From NCBI RefSeq assembly GCF_009914755.1, contig NC_060936.1: a stretch of 64,000 nucleotides of DNA. The stretch is one strand, 5' to 3'. The notes beneath the pieces are model-generated. The model saw only the letters and a program-made list of their open reading frames with translations. It had not been told where the DNA came from and searched no databases. The position numbers and the translations under genes were made by a program. Of the stretch, positions 14,390 to 27,809 are shown one piece after another (position 1 is the stretch's first letter; the number at the start of each line of letters is the position of its first letter). The DNA comes from the human T2T-CHM13v2.0 reference genome, Homo sapiens.

Positions 14390-15190
14390 TTATTCTACTA
14401 TGAGTAATTCACCTGTTAGGTGCTGGGTAATACTCTGGCAAATAAACATCCATGATGCCTGCCTTCATATTCCAGAGGAGGAAAAAGGCAGCATAAAAGC
14501 AAGCAAATTAACAAAAGCTATAACCATTAGCCATGATAAAGGCTGTAAAGAAATGTCACATGACGGCTAGGTGCAGTGGCTTAGGCCTGTAATACCAACA
14601 TTCTCAGAGGCTGAGGTGGGAGGATCGCTTGAGCCCAGGAGGTCAAAGCTGCAGTGAGCCGTGATCATGCCACTGCACTCCAGCCTGGGTGACAGAGTGA
14701 GATCTTGTCTCAGAAAAAAAACCCATAACAAAAACCCAAAAAACTTGAAGATTGAGAAGAAGTACCCCTGCCCTTCCAATGAAGAGGAGGTGTTCCAAGC
14801 AGAAGAAACAGCATATGCAAAGGCCCTGAGGTTGGAGGAAGCTTGGTATGTGTGAAGATGCCAGAATCCTGGCACGTACAGAGCGAGGGAACACCTGGCT
14901 TGAGACAGAGCTGGACATTAGCACATATCTTAGCCTAGAACTTGGAGATCAAGGTGAGGCATTTAGATTTTCTCCGATGTGCCCTGGAAAGTGACAGAAG
15001 GATCTGGAACAAGGAATGACAATCGCCTTGTGTCTAGACAGATTCCTCTGCCTGCTTAAGGCAAACACACTGGGACATAGGGTGAAAGAGGACGTAAGGG
15101 CTCCAGGTGAGAGAAGACAGTGGACTGGGTGAGCGTGGTGATGCTGGACAAGGCAAGGAGTGGGCAGAGGCGAGGACTGTGGTCCAGCTG
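14390..15190 (-). mobile_element. L2 fragment interrupted by an Alu monomer
   Basis: GTGTTCCAAGCAGAAGAAACAGCATATGCAAAGGCCCTGAGG and further antisense L2 motifs. Confidence 0.7.
14565..14744 (+). mobile_element. Alu monomer (FRAM-like or left/right-arm hybrid)
   Basis: Left-arm-like 5' end joined to the right-arm GCTGCAGTGAGCCGTGATCATGCCACTGCACTCCAGCC, then an A-rich tail. Confidence 0.85.
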
Positions 15191-15929
15191 AATTTTCAGA
15201 GGCCCTCTCATGTGCGCCCACTCTTTGGAATCATTCTCATAGATACCCTATGGGAAGCCCACCCCCCAGCCTGGCCCCGCGTCACACTGAGTCATATCTA
15301 ATCATAGGCTCCCAGGGTGATTTCCTTACCTGCTTTTTTCTGTGTTTTTAAGCTCTTCATTACTTCCTAATTGTCCTGATTTTAGTTCTTTCTCGTTCTT
15401 GTCAAACACCCATTTAGAAAATGAGTCATCATTAACTGCACGCCACTCTTCACTTAGAATTAGACCCATTTCACCCTTTCTCTCTCTCTTTTTTTCCTCT
15501 TCAAAAAAACTGGGGGATTAAAAAAATTACACTTTTCTGACATCCTTTTTTTAATCTCTTTTGCTAGCGCAAATGCTATTGGCTGCTCAACTGCCTTAAG
15601 GGTTTCTTCTGCAGCCCAAATGAACAGCTTTGTGCTTCCAGCCTTTGATAGCTCCTGGGGGCGTTGATCACTGAGTCAAACCTCCAGGTCTCAGCCTCCC
15701 AAGTGGCCTGCTCAGGCATGAGTCAAATCAAGACTAGACCATCAGGGGACAAGAAGCTACTGCTCACCTTGCAAGTGAAGCTGGCCTGGCCTTGAGCCAC
15801 TCCCTGCATGGTAATCCTAGGCACTTCAAATGTTGCAGCTCCAAAAACCAGCAAGACAGGTGCTATCATTCAGTCAATCAACAAACATGTCTACTGGGTC
15901 ACAAGGCCTCTGCTGGGAGATAGGACAGA

Positions 15930-16110
15930 GCTAAAGGTAGGCTCTGGATCCAAACTGCCTGAGGCTGCTTTTTTACAGCTGGTAGAATTTGGGACAAATG
16001 ACTTAACCACTCTGAAGTTCAGTTTCCTCATCTGTAAGTTGGCGGAATACAAACAACCTACTTACAGGGTTGCTTTGTGAATTGAAATGGATGCTATGGA
16101 AGCCATTGTC
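15930..16110 (+). mobile_element. MIR SINE
   Basis: TGACTTAACCACTCTGAAGTTCAGTTTCCTCATCTGTAA. Confidence 0.75.
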
Positions 16111-16264
16111 TAGCCATGGGTGATGAGATCTTGAGGGAAATGTACTTTACACAGAGGAAGAGGGATAGACATCAGCTAGTGTCAATGGACATGGTCACTC
16201 AAGCTGAGTTTTCAGATGGGATGAGAAATAAAAAATAAATTGGTCAACTCTCAAGAAGGGGCCT

Positions 16265-16835
<571 letters not shown>

Positions 16836-16899
16836 ATAACTCTCCTTGTAACTCTTGATATCAAACACATTATCTGCCCCTTCTACCCAGTTATTTTTC

Positions 16900-17255
16900 T
16901 TCTATCTATCCATCTATTCATCCATCTATCCTTCCATTCACCATTCATTCATCTACCCATTCATCCTTCCATCCATCCATCTTTCCATTATCCAGCCATC
17001 CATTCATTCACTCATCAATCTATCCATCATATAATCATTCACCCTCCATCCATATTTCCTGCCTTCCTTCCTTCCTTCCTTCCTTCCTTCCTTCCTTCCT
17101 TTCTTCCTTCTTTCCTCCCTCCCTCCCTTCCACCCATCAGTTTGTTTTTTGGTCCATCCATCCACCCACCCATCCATCCATCCTTCTATTCATCATTCAT
17201 TCATTTATTCACCAATTCATCCATTTATCCTTCCTTTCTTCCTTCATCAATCCTT
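16900..17255. repeat. (CCAT)n/(CATT)n/(CCTT)n low-complexity array
   Basis: Degenerate CCAT repeats with a perfect (CCTT)10 at 17062-17101. Confidence 0.9.
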
Positions 17256-17269
17256 TTTCTCCTTCAGAA

Positions 17270-17720
17270 ACTAGTAGTGGCCCCTACAATATGCCAGGCA
17301 TTGAACCAACTCAACTAGGAGGATGCGACGATGAAGAAATCACCATCCTCGCCCTCTCTCAGCTCAGTTCAGGAGACAGAACCCAAATCCACCTCTATGA
17401 TGCACCATGGAAAGTGCTACAGGGGTGAAATGGAGCCCTGTGCTTACAGCTAGGGAGTCTGGGGAAAGGGATGTGTTTTTCAGAGGAGTTGATGTCTTGG
17501 ATGAAATGTGAAGGCTGACCTGGTGTTTACTAGGGTAAGGAAGGGCAGTGGCATTCCAGGTGGGGGGAACAGTGTGTGCAAGGCATGGGGCATGAAGGAG
17601 CAACTCAAGTTCTAGGACTTGCATATTCAGCCTGGGAGAGTATGAGGAGTGTGGGCAGGTCTTGAGGCTGGTGGGGAGGACCACGTGGTGGAGGATTCTG
17701 TGTAGGAGCCAGTGGGCCCT
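17270..17720 (-). mobile_element. L2 fragment
   Basis: CCTACAATATGCCAGGCA; GCATTCCAGGTGGGGGGAACAGTGTGTGCAAGGCATGG. Confidence 0.7.
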
Positions 17721-18719
17721 GGCTGCATTAACTGCAGGGTACTTAGGGAAGGAGGAAACTATTTCTAAGGCAGGGGTCAGCCCCAGACCCTTCTGACATA
17801 TATAAACAAAAGCCCTTCCAAAGCTATACAGGGACATCTATCTCTTTTCTCAAAACCTGAAGATGTCTGAGGTCTGGAGGAAAAACAGGCCCTAGGCCAT
17901 GATTAAATATCTATGATATGCTTAGTTATGTGTGCAATTTAGATTTAATAAGAGGGCTCCTGGATTGTATAATAAAATACAAGGAGCATGTTACCAGGTG
18001 AGGCCTGATCTTTATTTAATTAGATGCTAGCTTCATGTGGCTTCAGGGAATGAGAAAACGACTTATGGGTTAGGGGATGAATTTTGCAGTAAGATTTATC
18101 TATGTCCCTCTCTAGGGCATCTGTTGAAATTACCAAAGGAATATACAAATCAGGGAAAGCCTTTATTGGTGCTGGAAACTAGGGAAGATTGGCATCCATA
18201 TAAATTCATATAATTTATACAAAATAGAGTGTGGATGAGATTTGACTGAAAGAAGGTCTGAACAGATTTGTAGAAGGTCAAGAAGGAGTAAGTCACCTTC
18301 CAGTTAGTGGAAGAGACCTCAGAGCATACAACTGTCAGGAATGGGAAGTAACAAATAGGTTCATTTAAATCCAGCTGGTTCCTCTGGGAAGGATGTAGTA
18401 TGGGCCACCATGTTGTGGGGAAGCCCAAGTGGGTGTTAATCCTTGGCTGGTGGCCACTGAGGGAAGCCAGGCTCGGCAGACAGTAAGGGCATTGCCTTCA
18501 TTTTTTCTCTGATTCCACAATCACCAGAGAAAAGACACCATTTGGCCCAAGGCTGAGCCTTCTGCTGAGGTTGCCCACGATAACCGTCCCCCATTCTGCT
18601 TTCCTCGGGGGCTGGAATCCCCAGTTAGAAATGTTCAACTGCGATAAGTCCAATTTTCCCCTTCTTGTTTCTGTTGGCCTTGATAGGATTAATAGGGCTC
18701 ATGTAACCTTAGAAACATG

Positions 18720-20283
18720 GAGGATCAATTCAGATATTATGGAAGAGGGAGTAGAACAAAGAGAAAAATAATTTTAAAAAATAGAAAACTTTCTTGAGGC
18801 TTCAGTCTATAATTGGCTGAGCTGAGTGAGTATCTCAGCCAAATCGAACAAAAATCAATGTCAGGAATTTCAGAATACGAAAAAATTTCTGCAAGTATTT
18901 AAGAAAAAAAGTGAAGCAAAACCAAACCCCAAACCCCAAATGACCACCACCACTACCCAGGTGATCTTTATAAAGGAACAGAATCAGGCTTGCCACAGAT
19001 TTCTAAAACTTGATACCATAAGCAAAAGAAGCAAATAGGCAAAAGAGTTGAACAGGCACTTCATGAAAGAATATATCCAAACGACTGGTAAGTAAGCATG
19101 TGAAAAGATGTTCAAAGTCATAAGACATTAGAGAAATACAAATTAAAACCACAGTGAGCTCTCTCTACACACCTGGAATGGCCCAAACCAAACAAAATAA
19201 GAATTTAAACCCTGGCAAATTCCAAGTGTCGACAAGGACATGGAGCAAGAGGAACTCTCATGCATGGATGGTGGGAAATGGTGCAGGCATGTTGGGAAAC
19301 TCTTTGACAGGTTCTTACACTGTTCACCTCCTGTATGATTGAGTAATTTCACACCTACATACATACCTGGGGAAATCAATTCAGTGTCTATGGAAAACAC
19401 CTGTATAATAACAGTAATCCCAAACTGGAAACCACCCAAATATCTATCATGAGGAAAATGGATAGACAAACTGTGGTACAGTCATTCAATGGACTAATAT
19501 TCAGACAGAAAAAAATAATTAAAAGGGACAAATTAGTGATATACACAATATAGGTGAATCTGAAATAAATAAGACCTAGTGTCTGATAGATCAGTAGGGT
19601 GATTTTAGTTACCAATAATACTATTGTACATTTCAAAATGGCTAGAATGGAATAAAACAGATGTTCTTAGCATAAAGAAAAGACACAACCTGGGCAACAT
19701 AGTGGGACACTGTCTCAACAAAAAATAAAATAAAATAAAATAAAATAAAATAAAATAAAATAAAATAAAATAAAATAAAATAAAATAAAATAAAATAAAA
19801 TAAAATAAAATAAAATAAAATAAAATAAAAATTAGCCAGGTGTGATGGTGGCATGCACCTGTAGTCCCAGCTACTTGGGAGGTTGAGGCAGGAGGACCCC
19901 TGGGGCTTGAGAGACTGAGGATGCAGTGAGCTATGACTGTGCCACTGCACTCTGGCCTGGGTGACAGAGTGCCCTGTCTCAAAAAAAATAAAGAGTCAAG
20001 GTGCTAAATATCCCTATTACCCTGATTTAACCTTCACACATGGTATGAAATGTAACAAACGATCACACACACGTGAAAATATGTACATCTATTATGTATC
20101 AATTAATAAAAACTTAATGTGGAGTAGAATAAGCCAGACATAGGGTCCAGACTGTGTGATTCCATTTATATGAAGTTCAAGAATAGATAAAACTAAATTG
20201 CTATGATCCTAAGGGTGGTTGCACCTGGGGGTGGAAGAATGCCTGCAAAGGAGGATAAGGGGACATTCCTGGGTCATGGGAAT
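18720..20283 (+). mobile_element. Old L1M fragments (L1ME-type ORF2 end/3' UTR with a nested L1MA-type 3' piece)
   Basis: GGCAAAAGAGTTGAACAGGCACTTCA, AAATTAAAACCACAGTGAG, CCCAAACTGGAAACCACCCAAA; L1MA-like AATAAGACCTAGTG...ATTACCCTGATTT. Confidence 0.75.
19687..19993 (+). mobile_element. 5'-truncated AluJ with an expanded (TAAAA)21 middle linker
   Basis: Left-arm end CCTGGGCAACATAGTG, pure TAAAA x21 at 19726-19830, then a complete right arm. Confidence 0.9.
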
Positions 20284-20629
20284 TGCATTAATCTGTTTTC
20301 ATGCTGCTGATAATGACATACCTGAGACTGGGTAATTTATAAAGAATAAGTGGTTTAATGGACTCACAGTTCCATATGGCTGGGGAGGCCTCACAATCAT
20401 GGCGGAAGGCAAAGGAGGAGCAAAGGCATGTCTTACATGGTGGCAGGCAAGAGAGAGAATGAGAGCCAACCATCAGATCTCATGAGATTTATTCACTACC
20501 ACAAGAACAATATGGGGGAAATGTCCCCCTGATTTAATTATCTCCCACCAGGTCCCTCCCACAACGTGGGAATTATGGGAGCTACAATTCAAGATGAGAT
20601 TTGGGTAGGGACACAGTGAAACCATATCA
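20284..20629 (-). mobile_element. THE1 (THE1B/C-like) MaLR solo LTR
   Basis: GAGACTGGGTAATTTATAAAG, CTCACAGTTCC, GAGATTTGGGTAGGGACACAG...CCATATCA; perfect 5-bp TSD GGAAT at 20279-20283 and 20630-20634. Confidence 0.92.
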
Positions 20630-21267
20630 GGAATATTCAGATTGTGGTCCAAGAATTCTCCACTCTTATATTTACCTTTCAGGTGCCACGAATGTATTCT
20701 CAGACAAAAACTTGGAAAGTCTGCCACTTGTGTGCCCTCAAACAAAACAAAACGAAAAACTCAAATGCAAGCCCTTGTTGACCCAACAATAAATCAAAAC
20801 AAATAATCCAAGAATGGGGAGATCATGGATTTTAAGAACTGATATTGAGCAACAAAACCAGAAAAACGAAAAATAAATCTATGTATATTTTTGTTAATAG
20901 TTACTGACAATGCAAATATAAAAATAATTATCTAAAGTGGCATCTATTAAATAAAACTATTTTATTAATACTAATAATTTGAATCTAAGCTCCTAGAATA
21001 CAATGAAAGAAATTCTGAAACTAGGGAAAAGAGAGAAGAAATAAATCTTAAGGAAATAAACAGATATAGGAAACAAAGATGAATGTTCACGGAGAGTTAT
21101 GGAGTTATTGACCAGACAGAAGAAATGATCTAAATTTTCATAATGGAGGACTATATGACAGAATATTACACAGTCCATAATATTATGTCCTTTTTCTCAT
21201 CTGGATTCTTTCAATTATAGGCTAGGTGACTTCAAGCGAGCCTCAGATTCCTCATTTGTAAAATAGG

Positions 21268-21600
21268 GTCATTCATTCATTCAACAAATATTTATTGAGC
21301 ACCTACTAAGCGCCAGGCACTGTGGAAGGTCCCTAGAACACAGAACGAACACACCAGGGTCCTGCATTCACGTAGCTCACATTCTAGTGTGTAAGGAGGT
21401 AATGGTGCTGCAGAGAACATTACGACAGGGTAGAGAAACAGAGGGGGACAGGATATGCTGGAGTGGTCAGCAAATAACTCTTTGAAGAAGAATCACTTCA
21501 TCAGAGACCTGACAGAGATGAGAAAATGAGGAGCGCTTGGAAGGCTTTGAGTAGGGGAATGATGTCATCCAACTACTATTTTAATAGAATCCTTCTATGT
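21268..21600 (-). mobile_element. L2 3' fragment
   Basis: TCATTCATTCATTCAACAAATATTTATTGAGCACCTACTAAGCGCCAGGCACTG. Confidence 0.85.
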
Positions 21601-21691
21601 GGGATCATAAATGTAGGGTCACTCAAGGATTCATGGACAACGGGGTCAAGGGATTGACAGAATATGGTACACAACCATCATGAAATAAGGG

Positions 21692-22000
21692 TTTTTGTTT
21701 TGTTTTTGTTTTTTGAGACTGGGTCTTGCTCCATCACCCAGGCTAGAGTGCAGTGGCAGGATCTTAACTCACTGTAGCCTCCAACCCCTGAGCTCAAGTG
21801 ATTTTCTCACCTCAGCCTCCTGAGTACCTGGGACTACAGCTGTTCGCCACTATGCCTGGCTAATTTTTTAAAAAACTTTTTGTAGAGACAGGGTCCTGCT
21901 ATGTCGCTCAGCCTGGCCTTAAACTCCTGGCCTCAAATGATCTTTCCTCCTTGGCCTCCAAAAGTGCTAGGATTACAAGTGTGAGCTGCTACACCCAGCT
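21692..22000 (-). mobile_element. AluJ
   Basis: Diverged dimer with a (TTTTG)n tail. Confidence 0.9.
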
Positions 22001-22669
22001 GAAAGAATATATTTGAAACTCCACTTGCACCTAGGAGAAAGTAGAGTTCTTTCTGTTGTGGGGGATGGGAAGGGAGGAAACTAAAATCTTGATTTGGTCC
22101 ATTGTTTTCTAGTTTTGCTCCAGAGACAGGGCTCTGCCTATGCTGAGACTGTTTCCAATGGACATGGCAATGATTTGCTCTGTGTGGCTTCTGCCAAGCT
22201 CTCTGCAACTCCATTGGTAGAAATGGACTGAAGGGTCATTACCAAGTTCTTGTCCACATAGCCTCTGATGACCTTTCTGCAGGCAGAGGGTGACAACACT
22301 TCCCTGAAGTCGCCTGCTCTTCCCTGCCTCACCAGGAAAGGTGTCTATGCCTCAGGAGTACTGGCCTGCTGGGACCCCTCCCCAGAGGCTTGGTGAGAAG
22401 AGGATGCTGTGTCATGAAACGTTCCCCCAGGGATTCTCCAGAGGTCCAACCCCTTTCTCCAGCCTTTGAAGCCTAGCTGCTCTAGAGCTGAGACTTCGTT
22501 AACTGAGACCCCTGCTTCTTCTCTTGCTGTCCCTAGGGATGGGAGTCAGGAGGGTGCCTGGAAGTACTCTCTTCCTTCCTTCCTTCATTCATAAATTTAT
22601 TTACTCAATGCCATCTAATGTGCAACCTCAACAGGTTTAACTCCCACAGGGGAAGTGCTGGGGCACAAT

Positions 22670-22910
22670 GGGGAAGACCGTGGACTCTAGACTCAGCCAG
22701 CCCTGGGTTCGAATCTTGGCTCTGCCATTGACTCCCTGGGTAGTGTTGGGGAAGTCACTTTATTTCTCTGTGACTCAGTTTCCTTTTCTGTAAAATGGAG
22801 ATCCTAGTGGTACCTATCTCGTAGAGCTGATAGATTTGTGCACATAAAATACTTAGCCTTGTAACTGGCATATGATGATAAGACAAAATGGTAACTGCCA
22901 TTGTTGTTGT
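22670..22910 (+). mobile_element. MIR SINE
   Basis: CTGGGTTCGAATCTTGGCTCTGCCA...CTCAGTTTCCTTTTCTGTAAAATGG. Confidence 0.85.
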
Positions 22911-23114
22911 TATTATTATTATTATTGCTAAATCTGCCTGAATTTGAATCCCAGTGGTGCCAGTTACTTTTGGGTGACTGGAGCATTATAGAACCTTCTT
23001 CTTTAGGGTCAGTGAAAGAAGGCCTTTCATTCTTGGAGGTGTCAATGAAATAATTCAGGAGAAGTATTTGGAAGAGGGCCTAATATAAGTAAGAAAGTAG
23101 TAAGTGTGAAATCA

Positions 23115-23550
<436 letters not shown>

Positions 23551-23659
23551 CTATGGAAAGAACCCCTTGGAGTGACCTGTCTGCTTTGCACATACCTGTT
23601 TGTAACCTTCCCACACCCCGCCCACAGGCCTAGACCGTTATGCAGTCAGCAGAGTTGAA

Positions 23660-23845
23660 GAGGGCATGGTGTAGCCACAGAGAGCATGGACTTCAGAGCC
23701 AGACTGACCCAGTTTGAGTCTTGACTCTGCTGCCTCCTAGCTGTGTGACTTGGACATATGCTCTCACTCCTCTTATGTGTAAAATGGGGACGATAATAAT
23801 GGTGCCTGCCTGGTTGGGTTGGTGAAGGATTAAATGAGATCATTC
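23660..23845 (+). mobile_element. MIR SINE
   Basis: AGAGCATGGACTTCAGAGCCAGACTG...TAGCTGTGTGACTTGG...TGTAAAATGGGG...GGATTAAATGAGAT. Confidence 0.85.
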
Positions 23846-24842
23846 CACACTGCCTCTACCTCCTATGGGCTAGGCCTAATGGAAGGCACCAGGGAACATC
23901 AGTGAATAGGGCAGGTATGGTTCCTGGCCTTGAACAGGGGACACTGTCACAGTCAGCTTTCAATAACTGTCATCGATCATCATAATAACTAAATGATGGT
24001 GTTTGTTCTCTTGCATCTGCTCCGAACACCACAAATAGCCAAGGGCTGGATTAATCATCCTCTTCTTTGAACACTTCTGATCTCCGTTTTCCCAGGCTTG
24101 TGAGATGCTTGGTGGCTGATCACTGGCACTCTTGTAGGAAAGTCACCAGGCACCAAGATGGCCTGAGACAACCTGGCCGCATTCACGGAGCACACGTCTC
24201 TTTCCTGCATCTTAGAACCTGTGGCTATGAGACATCTCAGAGCACACAGGCTGTGTTTATTGAATGAAAGCGAACCTTTGCCAGGGAAAGGGGTTCATTG
24301 AGAATGGTTTAGGCCAAGAAATTTCAAAGTTTGCTTTTAGACCAGCTAACAGAATTATCGGAGGGGCATTTGGCTGACGCTTAGTATTTAAGCTCAAAAG
24401 AAAAGGGTCGTGAGAGTTTCTGGCAAAATCACTTGGGTTTTTCCTGGGAAAATAGACAGGAGGATTGATGGAGGATCCACCAGGGGCTTGCCAGACCTTG
24501 GCTACTGATAAATTACAGAGAACTTGGCTCGGAGGGGAGAGATACCTGTGCCCAGCAGGAGCAGTCGGGCCTCGTTTTGTTTCAAGGACTGATAATAAAA
24601 TAATAGCCCCTTCTACCTCTACTATTTATCTGAGCTTTCTGACAACTTGTGAGGCAGGCAGGTTAGGCATAATTTGCCTGAATTGTAAATGAGGAAACTG
24701 AAGCCCAGAGAAGCTAAGGAGCTGCTCAAGGCCACATAGCTAAGTAATTGACAGTTTCTTAGCACCAAATTGCATGCTGGTGCCACTAACTGTGAGGACT
24801 CTAAATAAGTGCATGACCTCAGGAAAGGAAGGAAAATGTCAC

Positions 24843-25320
24843 TGTGGTACATTGCAAAAATGATGACAATAGTCTGTGACTCCTCCCACTAAGGGGGGAA
24901 GTATGTTTCCCCATCCTTTGAATATGGGCTGGTCACAGAACTTGCTTTGACCAGGAGAATACAGCAGAAATGATATTTCTCAGTTCCCAGTGTGGGCTTC
25001 AAGAATCTGTGTAGCTGCTCTCATGCTCCTAAAATGCTGCCACTACCACATGTACAAGCTTGGACTAGAAGGCTGGAGGATGAGAGACCACGTGGAGCAG
25101 AGATGACCCATCTCAGCTAAGAACTGTTTGGATCAGCCAGGCTGCAGTTGACCTGGTAGTTGATCACCAGCGCATGAGTGAGCCTATCCGAGACCAGAAG
25201 TACCACTCATCTGACCCAGCCCAAACTGCCAACTTGCAGAATTGTGAACTTAAATAACTTCAAATAACAAGCATTGGCATTTTGGGGTGGATTGTTACAC
25301 AGCAAACGCTGACTGATACA
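24843..25320 (+). mobile_element. MLT1H-like MaLR solo LTR
   Basis: TGTGG start; GGATGAGAGACCACGTGGAG, CATGAGTGAGCC, CCCAGCCCAAACTGCC; ends GTTACACAGCAA...CTGATACA. Confidence 0.8.
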
Positions 25321-25489
25321 TGGCAAGGAGAGACAGTTTCGAAGGACCATCATTGACCCAACATGTCAGACTAGGAGTATCCATAGAGATAGGACCTTCC
25401 TCTCTTGGGAGGTCAGAGCCTCAATACATGCTGTCTTGTATTCAGCCTTCCTAGAGATCCCCCAATCTGCTTCCAAAGTTATGACCACA

Positions 25490-25649
25490 AATGCCTCTTG
25501 CACAATGAACAGATGTTTTGCAGCATGCCTGGACTCTATCTGCTAGATACCAGTAGCACCATCCACCCAAGTTGTGACAACCAAAGATATGTCCAGACAT
25601 TGCTAAATATTCCTTGGGGGATACAATTGTCTCTGGTTGAAAACCACTG
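25490..25649 (-). mobile_element. MER20 (partial)
   Basis: AGTTGTGACAACCAAAGATATGTCCAGACATTGCTAAAT...GGTTGAAAACCACTG. Confidence 0.8.
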
Positions 25650-25945
25650 ACATAGCCACCCTCTGATGCCCAAGAAACAGGGCAGAACTTCCTCCATGGC
25701 TGAGGATGGCAGAAGGTGGAGAGAGGCAGCTAAAAATAACGCTGCCCAATCAAGAATTATAAATCACCACGAAGGGAGTGCTCTCGCCCAGATGATGCCA
25801 TCTGTTTCCAAGTTGGTGGTGGAGATGCCTGGGTAAGCTGGCCTGGAGGGGAAGGCAGAATGGGGAAGAGATGGGGAAAGTGGGGAATAAGTGGAACCAA
25901 GGTGGGAGGGAGGGGGATTTGGAAGGCTGAGATGAAAAGGGATAG

Positions 25946-26410
25946 TGTCTTGGGTTGGTTTCCCCAGAGGCACACTCTGAGATGAAGATTCCTGCCACTG
26001 TGATTTACTGTGAAATGTCCTCAGGAAAAATGACAGAGAAGAGGGGGAAGTAGAACCACGAAGGGAAGAGAGCCAAGCAAGCCTGTGATATCAGCAAAGT
26101 CCCCTGGAGGCTCAGTCCTGGAGGGCAGTACTGCAGACAGCGTAGGCGATACCCTAGAGGTGTTCTTGTTAGTGGCAAGGGAGCTGCACCCCCCAGTCAC
26201 TGAAGTTCACCCTTTACGGGTCACCCATGGAAGAATGCACACTCCCAGGAACACAGGGTCTCTCCCAGGCAAAGCCTGAGGACAGTCTGCCGCAAAGAGA
26301 CGCAGCTGCCGGCTGTTGGGAGTAACAACGCACCAAGAGCTGGTATGTTATGCAAACATGGTGAAGAAATCTTAGTGACTGTGCACAGGATAATGACAGT
26401 GTCTGCTGTA
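25946..26410 (-). mobile_element. ERVL-type solo LTR (LTR16/LTR33 group)
   Basis: TGTCTTGGGTTGGTTTCCCCAGAGGCACACTCTGAGATGAAGATT is the reverse complement of the ERVL LTR 3' end. Confidence 0.55.
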
Positions 26411-26652
26411 GACACCCAGAGAAAGAAGTAGACTGAAGAGCAAGAATACATATGCAGCTGCCTTTTATCATACTAAGTGCCAGGTACTGTGCCTGTCACT
26501 TAATGTATGACCCCAGCTCATGCCCATGATAAGCCAATGAGTGGGTTGTCATTGTTCCTGTTTATAAATGAGCTTCAGGGTAAATGACTGCTCAAGTCAC
26601 ACCTCTGTAAAGTGCCAGAGTAGGATTTGAACTCAGCTCTTCCTGGCAGTAA

Positions 26653-26936
<284 letters not shown>

Positions 26937-27809
26937 CCTGGCACTAAATTCCGACTACCGGGCTATGGGGAAGAGAAAGAGAGATACAGATGAAGAAGTG
27001 GAACCTAGACATATGTCTTAGATGAGGCAAAAAGAGGCTGGGGCTGCTGGGTTCCCAGCCTTTCCTTCCATGTCCCCATTCTCCTGCCCTTGCTTCTTTC
27101 TCTCTGGAAAAATTAAAAGCTGCCTTAAACCAGTGTCAGCCAGCCTGGCCCATGCAGAGCAGCTCCAGACCAGCTCCTTTAGGTGAAGGGGCCATAAGGA
27201 ATGGTTGACCCCCAACCCCGCAGTCCTCAGGATTAGGACCTAGGGGAGGCTGGATGAGCACTTGGGGTGGCAGGAAATAGGGTGACTTGTGGGGTCATGG
27301 AGGCTCCCAAGGCAGGGACCCCAGACCCCGATGCCTCTAGGAGCCAGGCTGGGTAGCCCCCGGAGGCATTGGGGTCTGAGGTCATTTACACCGAGGTGTA
27401 AATGAGGAAGTGGGTGAGGTTAGGGGCTGGATTGAACTGGAGAGCCTATGACCTCGTCTATGGTGGGCACCTATTGCTGGCCTTCCACTTTGACTGCTTG
27501 TCCCCAGGTGGGAACATGGAGCCTTCAGTGTCATCAGTCTCTCTGATTTTTCACAAGAAGCTGGACACCTAGATTATTTTGTTAAAAATGTGAAATCCCA
27601 AATTATAAATCTTGATGGCTAACCTCAAAAAGCAAACCCAATCAGGCAAAACATTACAGTGTACATGAAGCATGCCCACCTGAGAGCTACTTACATGTGA
27701 CAACTGGCTTATTGGGTTGAAGAAATGGGGACAGTTAGATGGCAGTGGAAATGGTGAGACCATAATGGTAAACCTTACTTTATAGGACCCTAACTTTAAG
27801 AAAACCAGT

